Shown: in pieces, positions 30,924 to 39,833 of the stretch
Position numbering within the stretch: the stretch's first letter is position 1
How the letters are laid out: each line of letters starts with the position of its first letter
Virus record (IMG/VR): IMGVR_UViG_2915168811_000001
Direction: 5' to 3' (one strand)
DNA from: a virus
DNA length: 64,000 nucleotides
The notes under the pieces: model-generated
What the model saw: only the letters and a program-made list of their open reading frames with translations
The model's database searches: none
What the model was told of the DNA's origin: nothing
Made by a program: the position numbers and the translations under genes

Positions 30924-31254
30924 CAGCGTCCGTGAGCGGGAAGCCCTACTCCCCGAAGCCGAACCGCAGAACCCCTGCTGCCCGGTGTGCGGCGAAGTCA
31001 CTTCGTTCGATGCAGACGATTTCGAATGCGCCAACTGCCTGCTGATCTTCTCAACCACCAACCTGTCGGCGTCGCTGGCAGACAGCTCCGCACCACAGTG
31101 CGCTTCGGAGTGCGAAGACAAGCATCATCGCGAGCAAATCGCCCTGCATGGCTACCGGTACGCCTGCCGCCCGTGCGCGCTCAGCGCTGGACACACGGAC
31201 GTTCATTTCACCGGCTGCCGATTCGAGCGGATCCCGGCGGAACCGAACTCATAA
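30916..31254 (+). CDS. Cys-rich Zn-binding hypothetical protein
   Basis: CPVC, CANC, C.L.AGH...H. Confidence 0.65.
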   Translation: MSDSVREREALLPEAEPQNPCCPVCGEVTSFDADDFECANCLLIFSTTNLSASLADSSAPQCASECEDKHHREQIALHGYRYACRPCALSAGHTDVHFTGCRFERIPAEPNS

Positions 31255-31299
31255 CGGCTGACCAGCCGCGACAACCATGCCCCAAACCTCAGGAGAATC

Positions 31300-32025
31300 G
31301 TGAACCTACTCGACTTGTACTTACCGGCCACGCTCATCCTCATCCTCTTCATCTTGGTGGTGGCGCGTGCAGTGCGTTCGCAGTGGCGCAACGTGTCGAC
31401 CAAGGGCTCCACCCATACGCAGATCCTGATGCTTTGGTTGATCATCCTGATGGTCAACCCCCTCTTCGCTGCCCTTCCCAACCCGCTTCCGCCACGAGCA
31501 GACATTGCAGCGACGGCGCTCTGGCAAGCAGTGCTTCTGGCAGTCATCTTCGAGATCGTGATGCGACTCCGCTCCGCAGGACCAGGTGCTGCGGAGCCCC
31601 TTGAACTCCCGGTCACCGGCACCCTCCCGTCGCGCGCGAACCCCGGCGATGCCGGCCTTGACCTTCGGATGGACCACGAGCTCGAGGCGGTCACGATTGC
31701 ACCGGGAGAGCGGATGATGGTTTCGACGGGTACGAGCCTGGAGCTTCCGGAAGGGGTTGCCGGCCTCGTCTGCCCGCGGTCCGGTCTCGCGCTGAAGCAC
31801 GGCGTGACAGTGCTGAACGCCCCCGGGGTCGTAGATGCGGGGTATCGCGGCGTCGTCGGCGTCATCCTGATCAACCATGGGGCGGAACCGTTCGTCATCA
31901 ACCCGGGTGACCGGATCGCGCAGCTGGTGCTGACACCGTTCGTCTCGCCGACACTGGTCCATGCCGAAACGTTGAGCGCGAGCACGCGCGGCGGCCGCGG
32001 CTTCGGATCGACCGGGGTCAGCTAG
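31300..32025 (+). CDS. dut: Trimeric dUTPase with N-terminal transmembrane extension
   Basis: All five motifs: DAGLDL, PRSGLA, GVVDAGYRG, GDRIAQL, RGGRGFGSTG. Confidence 0.9.
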   Translation: MNLLDLYLPATLILILFILVVARAVRSQWRNVSTKGSTHTQILMLWLIILMVNPLFAALPNPLPPRADIAATALWQAVLLAVIFEIVMRLRSAGPGAAEPLELPVTGTLPSRANPGDAGLDLRMDHELEAVTIAPGERMMVSTGTSLELPEGVAGLVCPRSGLALKHGVTVLNAPGVVDAGYRGVVGVILINHGAEPFVINPGDRIAQLVLTPFVSPTLVHAETLSASTRGGRGFGSTGVS

Positions 32026-32030
32026 GCGCC

Positions 32031-32930
32031 ATGGCCGAGACACTCTCCTGCCCGGGCGAGCACGGTCACGCCAGCTCCCTGACGTGCTACGCCAATCATC
32101 GCTGCCGGTGCGATCCCTGCCGCGAAAGCTACGGTGCCTACAATCGGGGCGCGAAGGCCATGACGAAAGCGTTTCGCGGGGAACCTCGTGCGGTTTCGGC
32201 CGCGCCGATAATCGCCCATGTGGCGAAACTGCGCCAGGTCGGCATCAGCTACCGACGCATCGCCGAGCTCGCTGAGATTTCCGAAAGCCATGTGCGAAAC
32301 TTCGCGCCAACACCCTCCCGACCCGTCCCCGTGTCCTGGGTGAGGGAAGCGCTCGCGCGCAGGATCCTCGCGATCCCCGCAAGCGTGGAGCTTGCCGGCG
32401 ACATCGACCGGGTGGAGAGCCGCGGCGCGAAACGGCGACTGCAGGCGCTCGTCGCGCGTGGCTGGTCAAGCCCGCTGCTGGCCGCCCGCCTCGGCATGGC
32501 GAACGCCAATCTGCACAGCCTCATGGTGTCGCCCCCGGAACGCCGCATCCGTCCCGCCCTGCATTTCGCGGTCGCCGCGCTGTACTCGGAGCTCTGGAAC
32601 CAGAACCCGCCAGCAGCAAGCTCTGCGGAGCAGTCCGCCCGCACCCGCGCGATCAATTCGGCTGTGAAGCACGGATGGGTGCCACCCCTCGCCTGGGATG
32701 ACATCGACATCGACCCTGCGCCGCCGGAACCGGAGACGGGGCCCGCCGAGGTGGATCACGTCGTGTTCGATCTCGCTCTCGCCGGGCAACCCGTGACCGT
32801 CGCGGTATCCGAGCGTGCGTCGCTCATCTACGCCCTCAGTGATGCGAAACGATCCCGATCAGAAGTCGCCGCGGTGCTCGGCATGACCACCGCAGCCGTC
32901 CAAGCCAGATTGCAGCGCCGCGCTGCATGA
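32031..32930 (+). CDS. Actinophage-type multi-HTH DNA-binding protein
   Basis: CRCDPC; GISYRRIAELA; RRLQALVARGWS; PPLAWDDID. Confidence 0.75.
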   Translation: MAETLSCPGEHGHASSLTCYANHRCRCDPCRESYGAYNRGAKAMTKAFRGEPRAVSAAPIIAHVAKLRQVGISYRRIAELAEISESHVRNFAPTPSRPVPVSWVREALARRILAIPASVELAGDIDRVESRGAKRRLQALVARGWSSPLLAARLGMANANLHSLMVSPPERRIRPALHFAVAALYSELWNQNPPAASSAEQSARTRAINSAVKHGWVPPLAWDDIDIDPAPPEPETGPAEVDHVVFDLALAGQPVTVAVSERASLIYALSDAKRSRSEVAAVLGMTTAAVQARLQRRAA

Positions 32931-32973
32931 CCCACCGCCCGACATCCCGCCGGGCACCAACCGAAAGGCAGTC

Positions 32974-33672
32974 ATGACCATCCGCAACACCTGGGCCCTG
33001 CCCGCCATCGCCCTCGCCGGCGCCCTCGCCTTCACCGGCTGCAGCGCCTCCACCCCGGAGCCGACGTCGCCGCCGCCCGCCGCCGAGCAGAAGGAAGCCC
33101 CGCCCGCAGAGACCGCAACGCCCGCAGGCGCCGGCAACGTCCCTGAATGGGCGAACGGCGCGGTCGGCCTCGGCGACCTTATCGGCGGTCAGAAGACCGC
33201 GAGCTGGAACATTGAGGCGTTCCAGGTTGGCACCGGAGTAACAGCGAAGGATTCGATGTTCGTCGACGCTGAGACGAACGAGAACCTACTCCCGGCCGGC
33301 TCCAAGGTCGTGTTCGTGAACTTCGAATACACCAACATCTCCGACGCGCCGATCGGTGTTGGGTTCGGGTTCGGAAGCCCCGACGTCCGTTCTGCGAACT
33401 GGAACTTCGGCATCGGCCAGCCCGGCGAATCGAGTGCCGCCGGGTTCGAAGCGCAGGGCGTCTCCAACGAGCTCGTCAAGGTGGGGGCGGCCGGCGACAA
33501 GCAGTCGTTCGAGGTCGGGCCCGGCGAAACGGTGTCCCGCGCCATCAGCATTGGGTACGAGCCCGGCGTCTCCGCGCACGCGCGCGGCTTCATCCTCACG
33601 CCGGTCAGCGCTGACGGTGTGATGGATCACGACAACTCCGAGCAGGCAGAGTTCGACATCACCATCAAGTAG
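32974..33672 (+). CDS. Lipoprotein
   Basis: Signal peptide with lipobox LAFTGC and Pro/Ala linker. Confidence 0.8.
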   Translation: MTIRNTWALPAIALAGALAFTGCSASTPEPTSPPPAAEQKEAPPAETATPAGAGNVPEWANGAVGLGDLIGGQKTASWNIEAFQVGTGVTAKDSMFVDAETNENLLPAGSKVVFVNFEYTNISDAPIGVGFGFGSPDVRSANWNFGIGQPGESSAAGFEAQGVSNELVKVGAAGDKQSFEVGPGETVSRAISIGYEPGVSAHARGFILTPVSADGVMDHDNSEQAEFDITIK

Positions 33673-33765
33673 CACTCCCCCGCGGCGGCGCGCAGCCAGC
33701 ACGGAGGCGCGCCGCCGCGCACAACCACTGGTGAGGCCTCAAAAGCCCGCGATCGAAAGGGACAC

Positions 33766-34047
33766 ATGTCCGCCCAGCCCATGAAGCTCATCGATGTTGG
33801 ATCGCTCCTGGTTCTTGACGTCCCCGACCAGCATGCGACCATCACGCTGACCATCGAAGATGCGCAGCAGCTCGCCATGATGCTCTCGGCGAACCTCATC
33901 AAGCGCGGCGAAGGCGCGGCCGGAATGCAGGCGGCGTACCAGCTCGGCAAAGAGCATCTCGCGGCCGCCACCCTCCCGCAGCATCGGGATCCGGACACCG
34001 GCATCTCCACCGGCCCGACGAGCCCGTACCTCTCCCGGGAGGTGTGA
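33766..34047 (+). CDS. Hypothetical protein
   Basis: After variant element copy 33715. Confidence 0.6.
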   Translation: MSAQPMKLIDVGSLLVLDVPDQHATITLTIEDAQQLAMMLSANLIKRGEGAAGMQAAYQLGKEHLAAATLPQHRDPDTGISTGPTSPYLSREV

Positions 34048-34050
34048 ACG

Positions 34051-34290
34051 ATGGCGCGATCGACTTTCGTGTCCGGGCACGCCCTCCAATTCGAGGGGGC
34101 CGCGCACGATGAGACTGGACGCAAGATCCCCCGGACCGGGAACTACGGCGACGGCCGAGGCCTGTGCAGCTGCGGCGCACTCTCCCCCAGCGTCGGTTCC
34201 GGCAACAGACGGAAGGCCTGGCATCGCGAGCACAAGGCTACGATCTCCGCCGCACATACTCCAGCACATGAGCGCCCTGATCAGACATAA
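34051..34290 (+). CDS. Small Zn-binding hypothetical protein
   Basis: GGAGG RBS; CSCG...RKAWHREHK. Confidence 0.6.
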   Translation: MARSTFVSGHALQFEGAAHDETGRKIPRTGNYGDGRGLCSCGALSPSVGSGNRRKAWHREHKATISAAHTPAHERPDQT

Positions 34291-35296
34291 AGCCGGAACA
34301 GTCACCGCAGGACAGCAGTCCGGCGGTCGGTTCAAGCAACTCCAGCGTGAAGCCGCCACTGGGCCGGCCGCGCCACGGACGCGGTGGCTTTCCGACGAAG
34401 AGACGCGCTACGCGACCGAACTGATGGAGGAGAGGTTCTACAGCTCCGTCGTTGCGAAGCACGGACGGAGGGCTGACCGCGTACGCGACGACATCATCCA
34501 GGACACCATCATCGACCTCGGGGTGCGAGCGCAGGCGATGGGCATTGAACGGCTGAACAAAAGCCACGCAGGCCTTACCGTTCGGATCATGCAGGCGCGC
34601 GCGATCAGCAACATCTACAGCGAACATCACACCGCCGCCTCAGGGCGCAAAGCCCTGGAGAAGCATCGCCAGGAGTTCGAGGCAAGCCTGGGCAGAGAGC
34701 TTTCCTCAAGCGAAATCTCAGAGCTCGCCGAGGAAGTGCGGCTGAGTTTCGCCCCCGGACGACGCCCTACCGTCGGCTACCACGAGGAGTTCGAGGCCTC
34801 CAGGCTCCACAGGGTGGCCGAGGAAATCGGTGCGAACGCTGCCCGTGCAGGTGTTGCATACCGGGACGTTTACCCGACGGAGATGGACCCCGAGCGCAGC
34901 GAGCATTTAGAGCAAGTGCTCGAGAGTCTGCAAGGTGAAGAGGGCGATGCCGTGTCGAAGAAGTACGCCAAAGAGGCGCTGAAAGAGGCCCGCAGCAACG
35001 TGTGGACGATGCTGCAGTCGGCCACGCCAGGACTTCCGCCTGCCCTGGGCCTGTCGGCCTGGAATGCCCAGAAACAGCGTGCCGCGCTCACCGCCGTCGG
35101 CGGGGCGCACGAGGCAGCCCGGCAATATCTCAGCGGCGCCCTTGACGGGCCCGGCGCCGACGCATTGTTCTCCCCGTTCGGCATTCGTGACGGAAGCGAC
35201 GGGGCTGAAGACCGTGAAGCGGTCGCCCAGAAGCTCGCCGCCACCGGCGATGCGGCCGGCAAAGTGTGGAGTTCAGCGGCTCAGACGCGTCGCTGA
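34268..35296 (+). CDS. Divergent sigma70-like protein (candidate; regions 2 and 3)
   Basis: SVVAKHGRRADRVRDDIIQDTIIDL (region 2-like); RQEFEASLGRELSSSEISELAEE (region 3-like); CATACT 7 nt before ATG. Confidence 0.45.
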   Translation: MSALIRHKAGTVTAGQQSGGRFKQLQREAATGPAAPRTRWLSDEETRYATELMEERFYSSVVAKHGRRADRVRDDIIQDTIIDLGVRAQAMGIERLNKSHAGLTVRIMQARAISNIYSEHHTAASGRKALEKHRQEFEASLGRELSSSEISELAEEVRLSFAPGRRPTVGYHEEFEASRLHRVAEEIGANAARAGVAYRDVYPTEMDPERSEHLEQVLESLQGEEGDAVSKKYAKEALKEARSNVWTMLQSATPGLPPALGLSAWNAQKQRAALTAVGGAHEAARQYLSGALDGPGADALFSPFGIRDGSDGAEDREAVAQKLAATGDAAGKVWSSAAQTRR

Positions 35297-35332
35297 CTCA
35301 ACGGCGGCGCATCGGTTGCTACAGTCAAGCTC

Positions 35333-35680
35333 ATGGCAACGAAACAGACTGTGCAGTTCATCGACGACGTCGACGGTTCAACCATCGACGGCGGCACCGA
35401 CCCCGCTGTGCAGTTTGGGCTCGACGGCCGGGCGTACGAAATCGACCTCACGGATGAGAACGCCGCAGCCCTGCGCAGCACCTTCGCACCGTACATCGCA
35501 GCAGGACGGAAGGCGCAGTCACGCACCAGCGCATCAGCTGCGCCTGCTGCCGCCAAGGATCCTGATCGTGTCGTCCTGCTCGCCGAAGCGCGCGTCTGGG
35601 CTCGCGAGAACGGTCACACCGTGTCGGACCGCGGCCGTATCGCGGCACCGATCATGGACGCATTCCTCGCACAGCGGTAA
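35333..35680 (+). CDS. lsr2: Lsr2 nucleoid-associated protein
   Basis: DDVDGS, FGLDGRAYEIDL, RVWARENG..VSDRGRI; TGC-TACAGT extended -10, leaderless. Confidence 0.93.
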   Translation: MATKQTVQFIDDVDGSTIDGGTDPAVQFGLDGRAYEIDLTDENAAALRSTFAPYIAAGRKAQSRTSASAAPAAAKDPDRVVLLAEARVWARENGHTVSDRGRIAAPIMDAFLAQR

Positions 35681-35713
35681 CAGCGCCGACACTCTGACCT
35701 AGGAGGTTCGATC

Positions 35714-35914
35714 GTGGAAGTCACCACGTACCTGTTCATCTCCCTGTCAGCTGTTGGCGCAGCCATGGCCGTGTACGGACTCCAGGGGCTCGTGAAGCGC
35801 CGTCGGGCAGCGGCCGAGCCGCAGGATCCCGGCGCCAAGGTGCCGCCATACACAATGGGTGTCGTGCTCGGCGTCCTCCTCATCCTGATCGGACTCCTCG
35901 GCGCGCTCTTGTAG
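35714..35914 (+). CDS. Small 2-TM protein
   Basis: AGGAGG RBS; two hydrophobic segments. Confidence 0.65.
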   Translation: MEVTTYLFISLSAVGAAMAVYGLQGLVKRRRAAAEPQDPGAKVPPYTMGVVLGVLLILIGLLGALL

Positions 35915-35969
35915 CTCAGCCGCGCATCACTGCCTTCGAGGTCGGACGCTCCGGCCGCGAGAGGTGGCC

Positions 35970-36530
35970 ATGAGTGTGAACCCCGTCCTGTACTTGGACG
36001 TCGACGGCGTGATCAATTTCGCAGGCGGCCGCGGCTCGCACGCGAAGAAGTCCGGCCTTGGCCACACCCGGCGGACCAGTGTGTTCGCACGCTCAACTGT
36101 GCGCGCGTACGGAGCCCCTGCACCGGCGCCGCAGTCGTACGAGATTCGCTGGAGCGCCGAGCTGCTGCGGAAACTGTCCGCGATCGAAGGTCTCGACATC
36201 GTCTGGCTGAGCACCTGGCGTGACGCCACCGCTGACCTCGAGCGAGCGTTGTCCTGGCGCGGTCCCGTCGGATGCCTCGACTGGGTTGACGGCCCGGCAG
36301 GGGCTGAGCATTCCGGGAAGGTGCCGGCGCTGCTGCAAGACCAGGCCTTCAGACCTCGCCCGTTCATCTGGGCTGATGACGAGGCCCACGACTTCTACCT
36401 CCCTGAACACCGCGCGCGCACCGCAGGGACGCCGCAGCTGCTTATCGCCCCGGTCGAGAGCATCGGCCTGACTGCAGCCAACCTCGACGAGATCGCCGCG
36501 TTCGCGCACGAACACCGTGCATCACTGTAG
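35970..36530 (+). CDS. HAD phosphatase (RNA-repair Swiss-army-knife type)
   Basis: LYLDVDGVIN, WLSTW, FIWADD, IGLT. Confidence 0.8.
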   Translation: MSVNPVLYLDVDGVINFAGGRGSHAKKSGLGHTRRTSVFARSTVRAYGAPAPAPQSYEIRWSAELLRKLSAIEGLDIVWLSTWRDATADLERALSWRGPVGCLDWVDGPAGAEHSGKVPALLQDQAFRPRPFIWADDEAHDFYLPEHRARTAGTPQLLIAPVESIGLTAANLDEIAAFAHEHRASL

Positions 36531-36575
36531 AGAGGTCGCAGCTGCGTCCCGCTTGCCGCCGTCGAAGGGACGCCC

Positions 36576-36923
36576 ATGGCCGACGAATTGATCCTGTTCC
36601 GAGTCGCCCTGGGGAGCACCCCAACCCGCGAAGAGGTGGACAGTCACCTTGAGACTTTGAGCAACAGAGACCTTGTGACGACCCAGCTCCTTATCGAACG
36701 GGACGGGGCCCGGATTGCAGGGCTGGATAGGTCGACTTCGCATGAATGCGTCACCGCGACCGTCAACGGCCGGGCTGCCACCGAAAAGCGCAAGGACGAC
36801 AAAGCCCGCCAGGTGTCCAGAGTCATTCTGCTGGCCGTGATTGGGGTCATGATCACGATGGTGCTCGTCCTGCCTGCGCTCGTGCATGGTGTCGAAAATT
36901 TCCTGACCTCCCACACCCATTAG
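36576..36923 (+). CDS. Membrane-anchored hypothetical protein
   Basis: C-terminal TM segment. Confidence 0.6.
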   Translation: MADELILFRVALGSTPTREEVDSHLETLSNRDLVTTQLLIERDGARIAGLDRSTSHECVTATVNGRAATEKRKDDKARQVSRVILLAVIGVMITMVLVLPALVHGVENFLTSHTH

Positions 36924-36958
36924 AACTTCTCACGAGACCACCAACCAGGAAGGGCGTC

Positions 36959-37645
36959 ATGCCTGAACCCACCATGCCCGTCTGGGCTGAACACCTAGCC
37001 GTCTTCGACACTGAGACGACCGGGACCGACACGAACACGGACCGTATCGTTACGGCGACGGTCGGCATCATCGGTCCGTACGGCACCCTCGAGTTCGCGC
37101 GCTCCTGGCTGATCAACCCCGGCATCCCGTCCGCTCCGGAAGCGGTCGAAATTCACGGTGTCACCAACGAGCGCGCGGCCGCGGAGGGTGCCGACCCGAG
37201 CGTCGCGGTCGCGGCGATCCTTGATGCTCTGCACACAACCGGGCTGCCGGTTGTGGCGTACAACGCTGCATTCGACCTCTCCATCCTGCGCGCGGAATGC
37301 GAACGGTACGGCGTCGAGTTCGCGCTGCCGCCTGCGGGGATCATCGACCCGTTCATCATCGACAAGGCGAAGTGGAAGTTCCGCAAAGGTAAGCGCACCC
37401 TCGCCGTCGTCTGCGAGCTGTACGGCGTCGAACTGCTGGATGCGCACGATGCGACCGCGGACGCCGTCGCCGCCGGCCAGCTCGCACAGAAGCTCGTCAC
37501 CCGATACCCGGGCATGGAGCCTGACGGGCTGCAGCGCCTACAAGCAATCTGGCAGCGCGACCAGGCCGCCGGCTATCAGGAGTTCCGCCGTCGAAGTGAG
37601 CCTGAGTTCGTCGTGGACAGCGGCTGGCCGGTGTACGACCGATGA
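36959..37645 (+). CDS. DEDDh 3'-5' exonuclease (DnaQ-like)
   Basis: FDTETTG, YNAAFD, HDATAD. Confidence 0.92.
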   Translation: MPEPTMPVWAEHLAVFDTETTGTDTNTDRIVTATVGIIGPYGTLEFARSWLINPGIPSAPEAVEIHGVTNERAAAEGADPSVAVAAILDALHTTGLPVVAYNAAFDLSILRAECERYGVEFALPPAGIIDPFIIDKAKWKFRKGKRTLAVVCELYGVELLDAHDATADAVAAGQLAQKLVTRYPGMEPDGLQRLQAIWQRDQAAGYQEFRRRSEPEFVVDSGWPVYDR

Positions 37646-37815
37646 CAGGCATACCGCTGATTGCAGCGATCCCCTTCGCGCTCAGCGTGCTGTTCGGCCT
37701 GGTTCTCTCCCTGTCCGGCAAGCGCGAGCTGCGTGTGCTGGCCACGGTGACCATAGTCGCTGGGGTGGCAGGCGTCGCTCTCTGTGCGCTCCTACTGCCC
37801 CTCATCTTCGGCTGA
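37642..37815 (+). CDS. Small 2-TM protein (57 aa)
   Basis: ATGA overlap; stop directly precedes element copy 37816. Confidence 0.55.
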   Translation: MTGIPLIAAIPFALSVLFGLVLSLSGKRELRVLATVTIVAGVAGVALCALLLPLIFG

Positions 37816-37868
37816 CCGCGCATAACTCCAGGTGAAAGCCGGACGGTCCGGCCCACCTGGAGGTCGTC

Positions 37869-38273
37869 GTGAATGAGTATCTGCTGTCGCCCGCCGAGTT
37901 CAACGCGACTGCTCGCAAGATCGAAGCGATCAACGCCCGCGCCGCCAAGCGCGGATTCACTGGCTCGTTCCGGCTCGCAGGTGTGTCGGAGATCATCCAG
38001 GAAACCAGCCCGACCGGGCTCCCCGTCGCGCGCGTGATGTACCGGTGCACGTTGGACGGCGAAGCGCCCAGCTACGGCGGCTGGCGCTTCCTCGCCGCGC
38101 TCGAGGGACTGCCCGCGGCCGGCGGCGGCGACGTCGCCTGGATTGTCCGTTGCGCCCCCGGGGTCAGCGACGAAGGGGTCGACCGGAGCACACTCCGCGT
38201 GGGCTTTTGCTCCCACTGCGGCGTCGCCCGCGCGAACCGCCGGAAGCTCTTCCTGGTGCAGCACGTCGAGTCC
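37869..38273 (+). pseudogene. 5' part of a gene split by the inserted element
   Basis: Ends ...CSHC...FLVQHVES; joins in frame to GEYRQVGSTC at 43069. Confidence 0.85.
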
Positions 38274-38516
38274 AGACACCGATTGAAACAGATATGGGTC
38301 TGCCTAGGCAAGTCGCAGACCCGTGACCAGGCTGTGCTCGGGTGTCCTAACGCTCACCCTCGAACGGGTCTACTACGCTGTGGAGACCGTGCTCGGGACA
38401 GCTGAACGCGATTCGGAGCCCTCGGCCCTCTCCTGCCTCGAACGGCTCTGGGATGCAGTCCGCACCGCACCCGGAGCACGTTCGGTATATTTCATCCTCC
38501 GGGGAAACACCGGAAG

Positions 38517-38738
38517 TCATGCGTCATCTCCGTCCGTGATCTCGACGGACAGGCCAAGCGCAGTCGCGAGCTTGCGAGCCGTGCGCATCGACGGCTCGTG
38601 ACCGAGTTCCACCCGCGACACGGTCGGGCGGGACACTCCCGCCTTCTCGGCTAGTTCATCCTGCGACCACCCGCGCTCAAGTCGCGTCATTTGCACACTC
38701 TTTCCGAAGCCCTTGGCCTGTCCTGGAGGTCGGCTCAT
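38517..38738 (-). CDS. XRE HTH regulator
   Basis: RLERGWSQDELAEKAGVSRPTVSRVELG. Confidence 0.85.
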   Translation of the reverse strand: MSRPPGQAKGFGKSVQMTRLERGWSQDELAEKAGVSRPTVSRVELGHEPSMRTARKLATALGLSVEITDGDDA

Positions 38739-38741
38739 GAG

Positions 38742-39833
38742 TCACCCCGACACCGTCGTAGGCGTGGACAGCTGCCGTTCCGCACGTGCCCGCAAGATCT
38801 TTCCGTAGAGGGTCATTCCGTCCCAATCGACGACCTCGTCACCGGAGTCGTCGGTCGCGACAGGAACCATAATTCGTTGGCGTCCTAGCCGATGGAGAGT
38901 CAACTTGTATCCGAATCCGAACTTCGGGACGCACTGTTGCGTAAGCATTGTGACCAACATGAGGAGCGCCTCCTCAGTGGCATTCTCCGCAGCTGGCTCG
39001 AGCACCGTTACATCATCGGAGGCGTTGAACGGCATCGGCTGGTACTTGGCGTGGCCGGTACCACCGTCACCGTTATAGATCAGCGAAACCCAGCCGCCGG
39101 GGAACAGCGCGGGGACGTCAGCAAGGCCTACGATGCTGTTATTGACCCGGGAGCCTGCAACGAAGGGCATCCGGCCCGGTTTGCGATGGGCCGCGATCAA
39201 GCGTTTCCCCTTATGAGCGTGGAAGATGCCGCGCTGCTGACGAGGCAAGTCGATGACGAACATCGGTGCAAACCTCAGATCCGGGAGGTCTGTGTCGGCA
39301 ACGACGTCATCAGACGTGCGGGCGCTGTTTGCGCGAGTGACTGCGCGGGCAGTCAGTTCTTCACCGAGCCGCGTCATGCCCTCCCAGTCCACGACCCGGT
39401 CGCCGAAGTCGTCGGTCGTCACGGGGACCATGATCCGGGTCTTCACGAGACGTGCCATGGAGACGCCATACCCCCACGAGAACTTCTGCATGGCCCTGCG
39501 CATGATCGTCGTCAAGAGTAAGCCGGAGTGAGCGTTCAGCAGCTTATGGCGAAAGATCAAGAAGTTCTGCGCCGTGTAGAAGGATACCGGCTGGTAGAAA
39601 GTCGCCTGGGTCTTGAGGGTAACGGTGATGCAGTTACCAGCTTCACGGATAACACCCTGATCAGCGACAATCGCGGCAATGCTGTTCGCCGAATGCGTCT
39701 GACTGAGATACGGAACTTTCGGTTCACCACTCTTGAGGTGAACCTTGTCAAACCAGGCCGACGACGACTTCATCGTGTCGAAGACATCTGTGATCAGCAT
39801 CGGGGCGAACGTCAGATCATCATACGCACTCAT
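38742..39833 (-). CDS. R-M specificity subunit (BcgIB/HsdS-like)
   Basis: Two repeated TRD halves, each ending KFxxGY...IMVPV.TDD.GD.VVDW.GM. Confidence 0.85.
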   Translation of the reverse strand: MSAYDDLTFAPMLITDVFDTMKSSSAWFDKVHLKSGEPKVPYLSQTHSANSIAAIVADQGVIREAGNCITVTLKTQATFYQPVSFYTAQNFLIFRHKLLNAHSGLLLTTIMRRAMQKFSWGYGVSMARLVKTRIMVPVTTDDFGDRVVDWEGMTRLGEELTARAVTRANSARTSDDVVADTDLPDLRFAPMFVIDLPRQQRGIFHAHKGKRLIAAHRKPGRMPFVAGSRVNNSIVGLADVPALFPGGWVSLIYNGDGGTGHAKYQPMPFNASDDVTVLEPAAENATEEALLMLVTMLTQQCVPKFGFGYKLTLHRLGRQRIMVPVATDDSGDEVVDWDGMTLYGKILRARAERQLSTPTTVSG

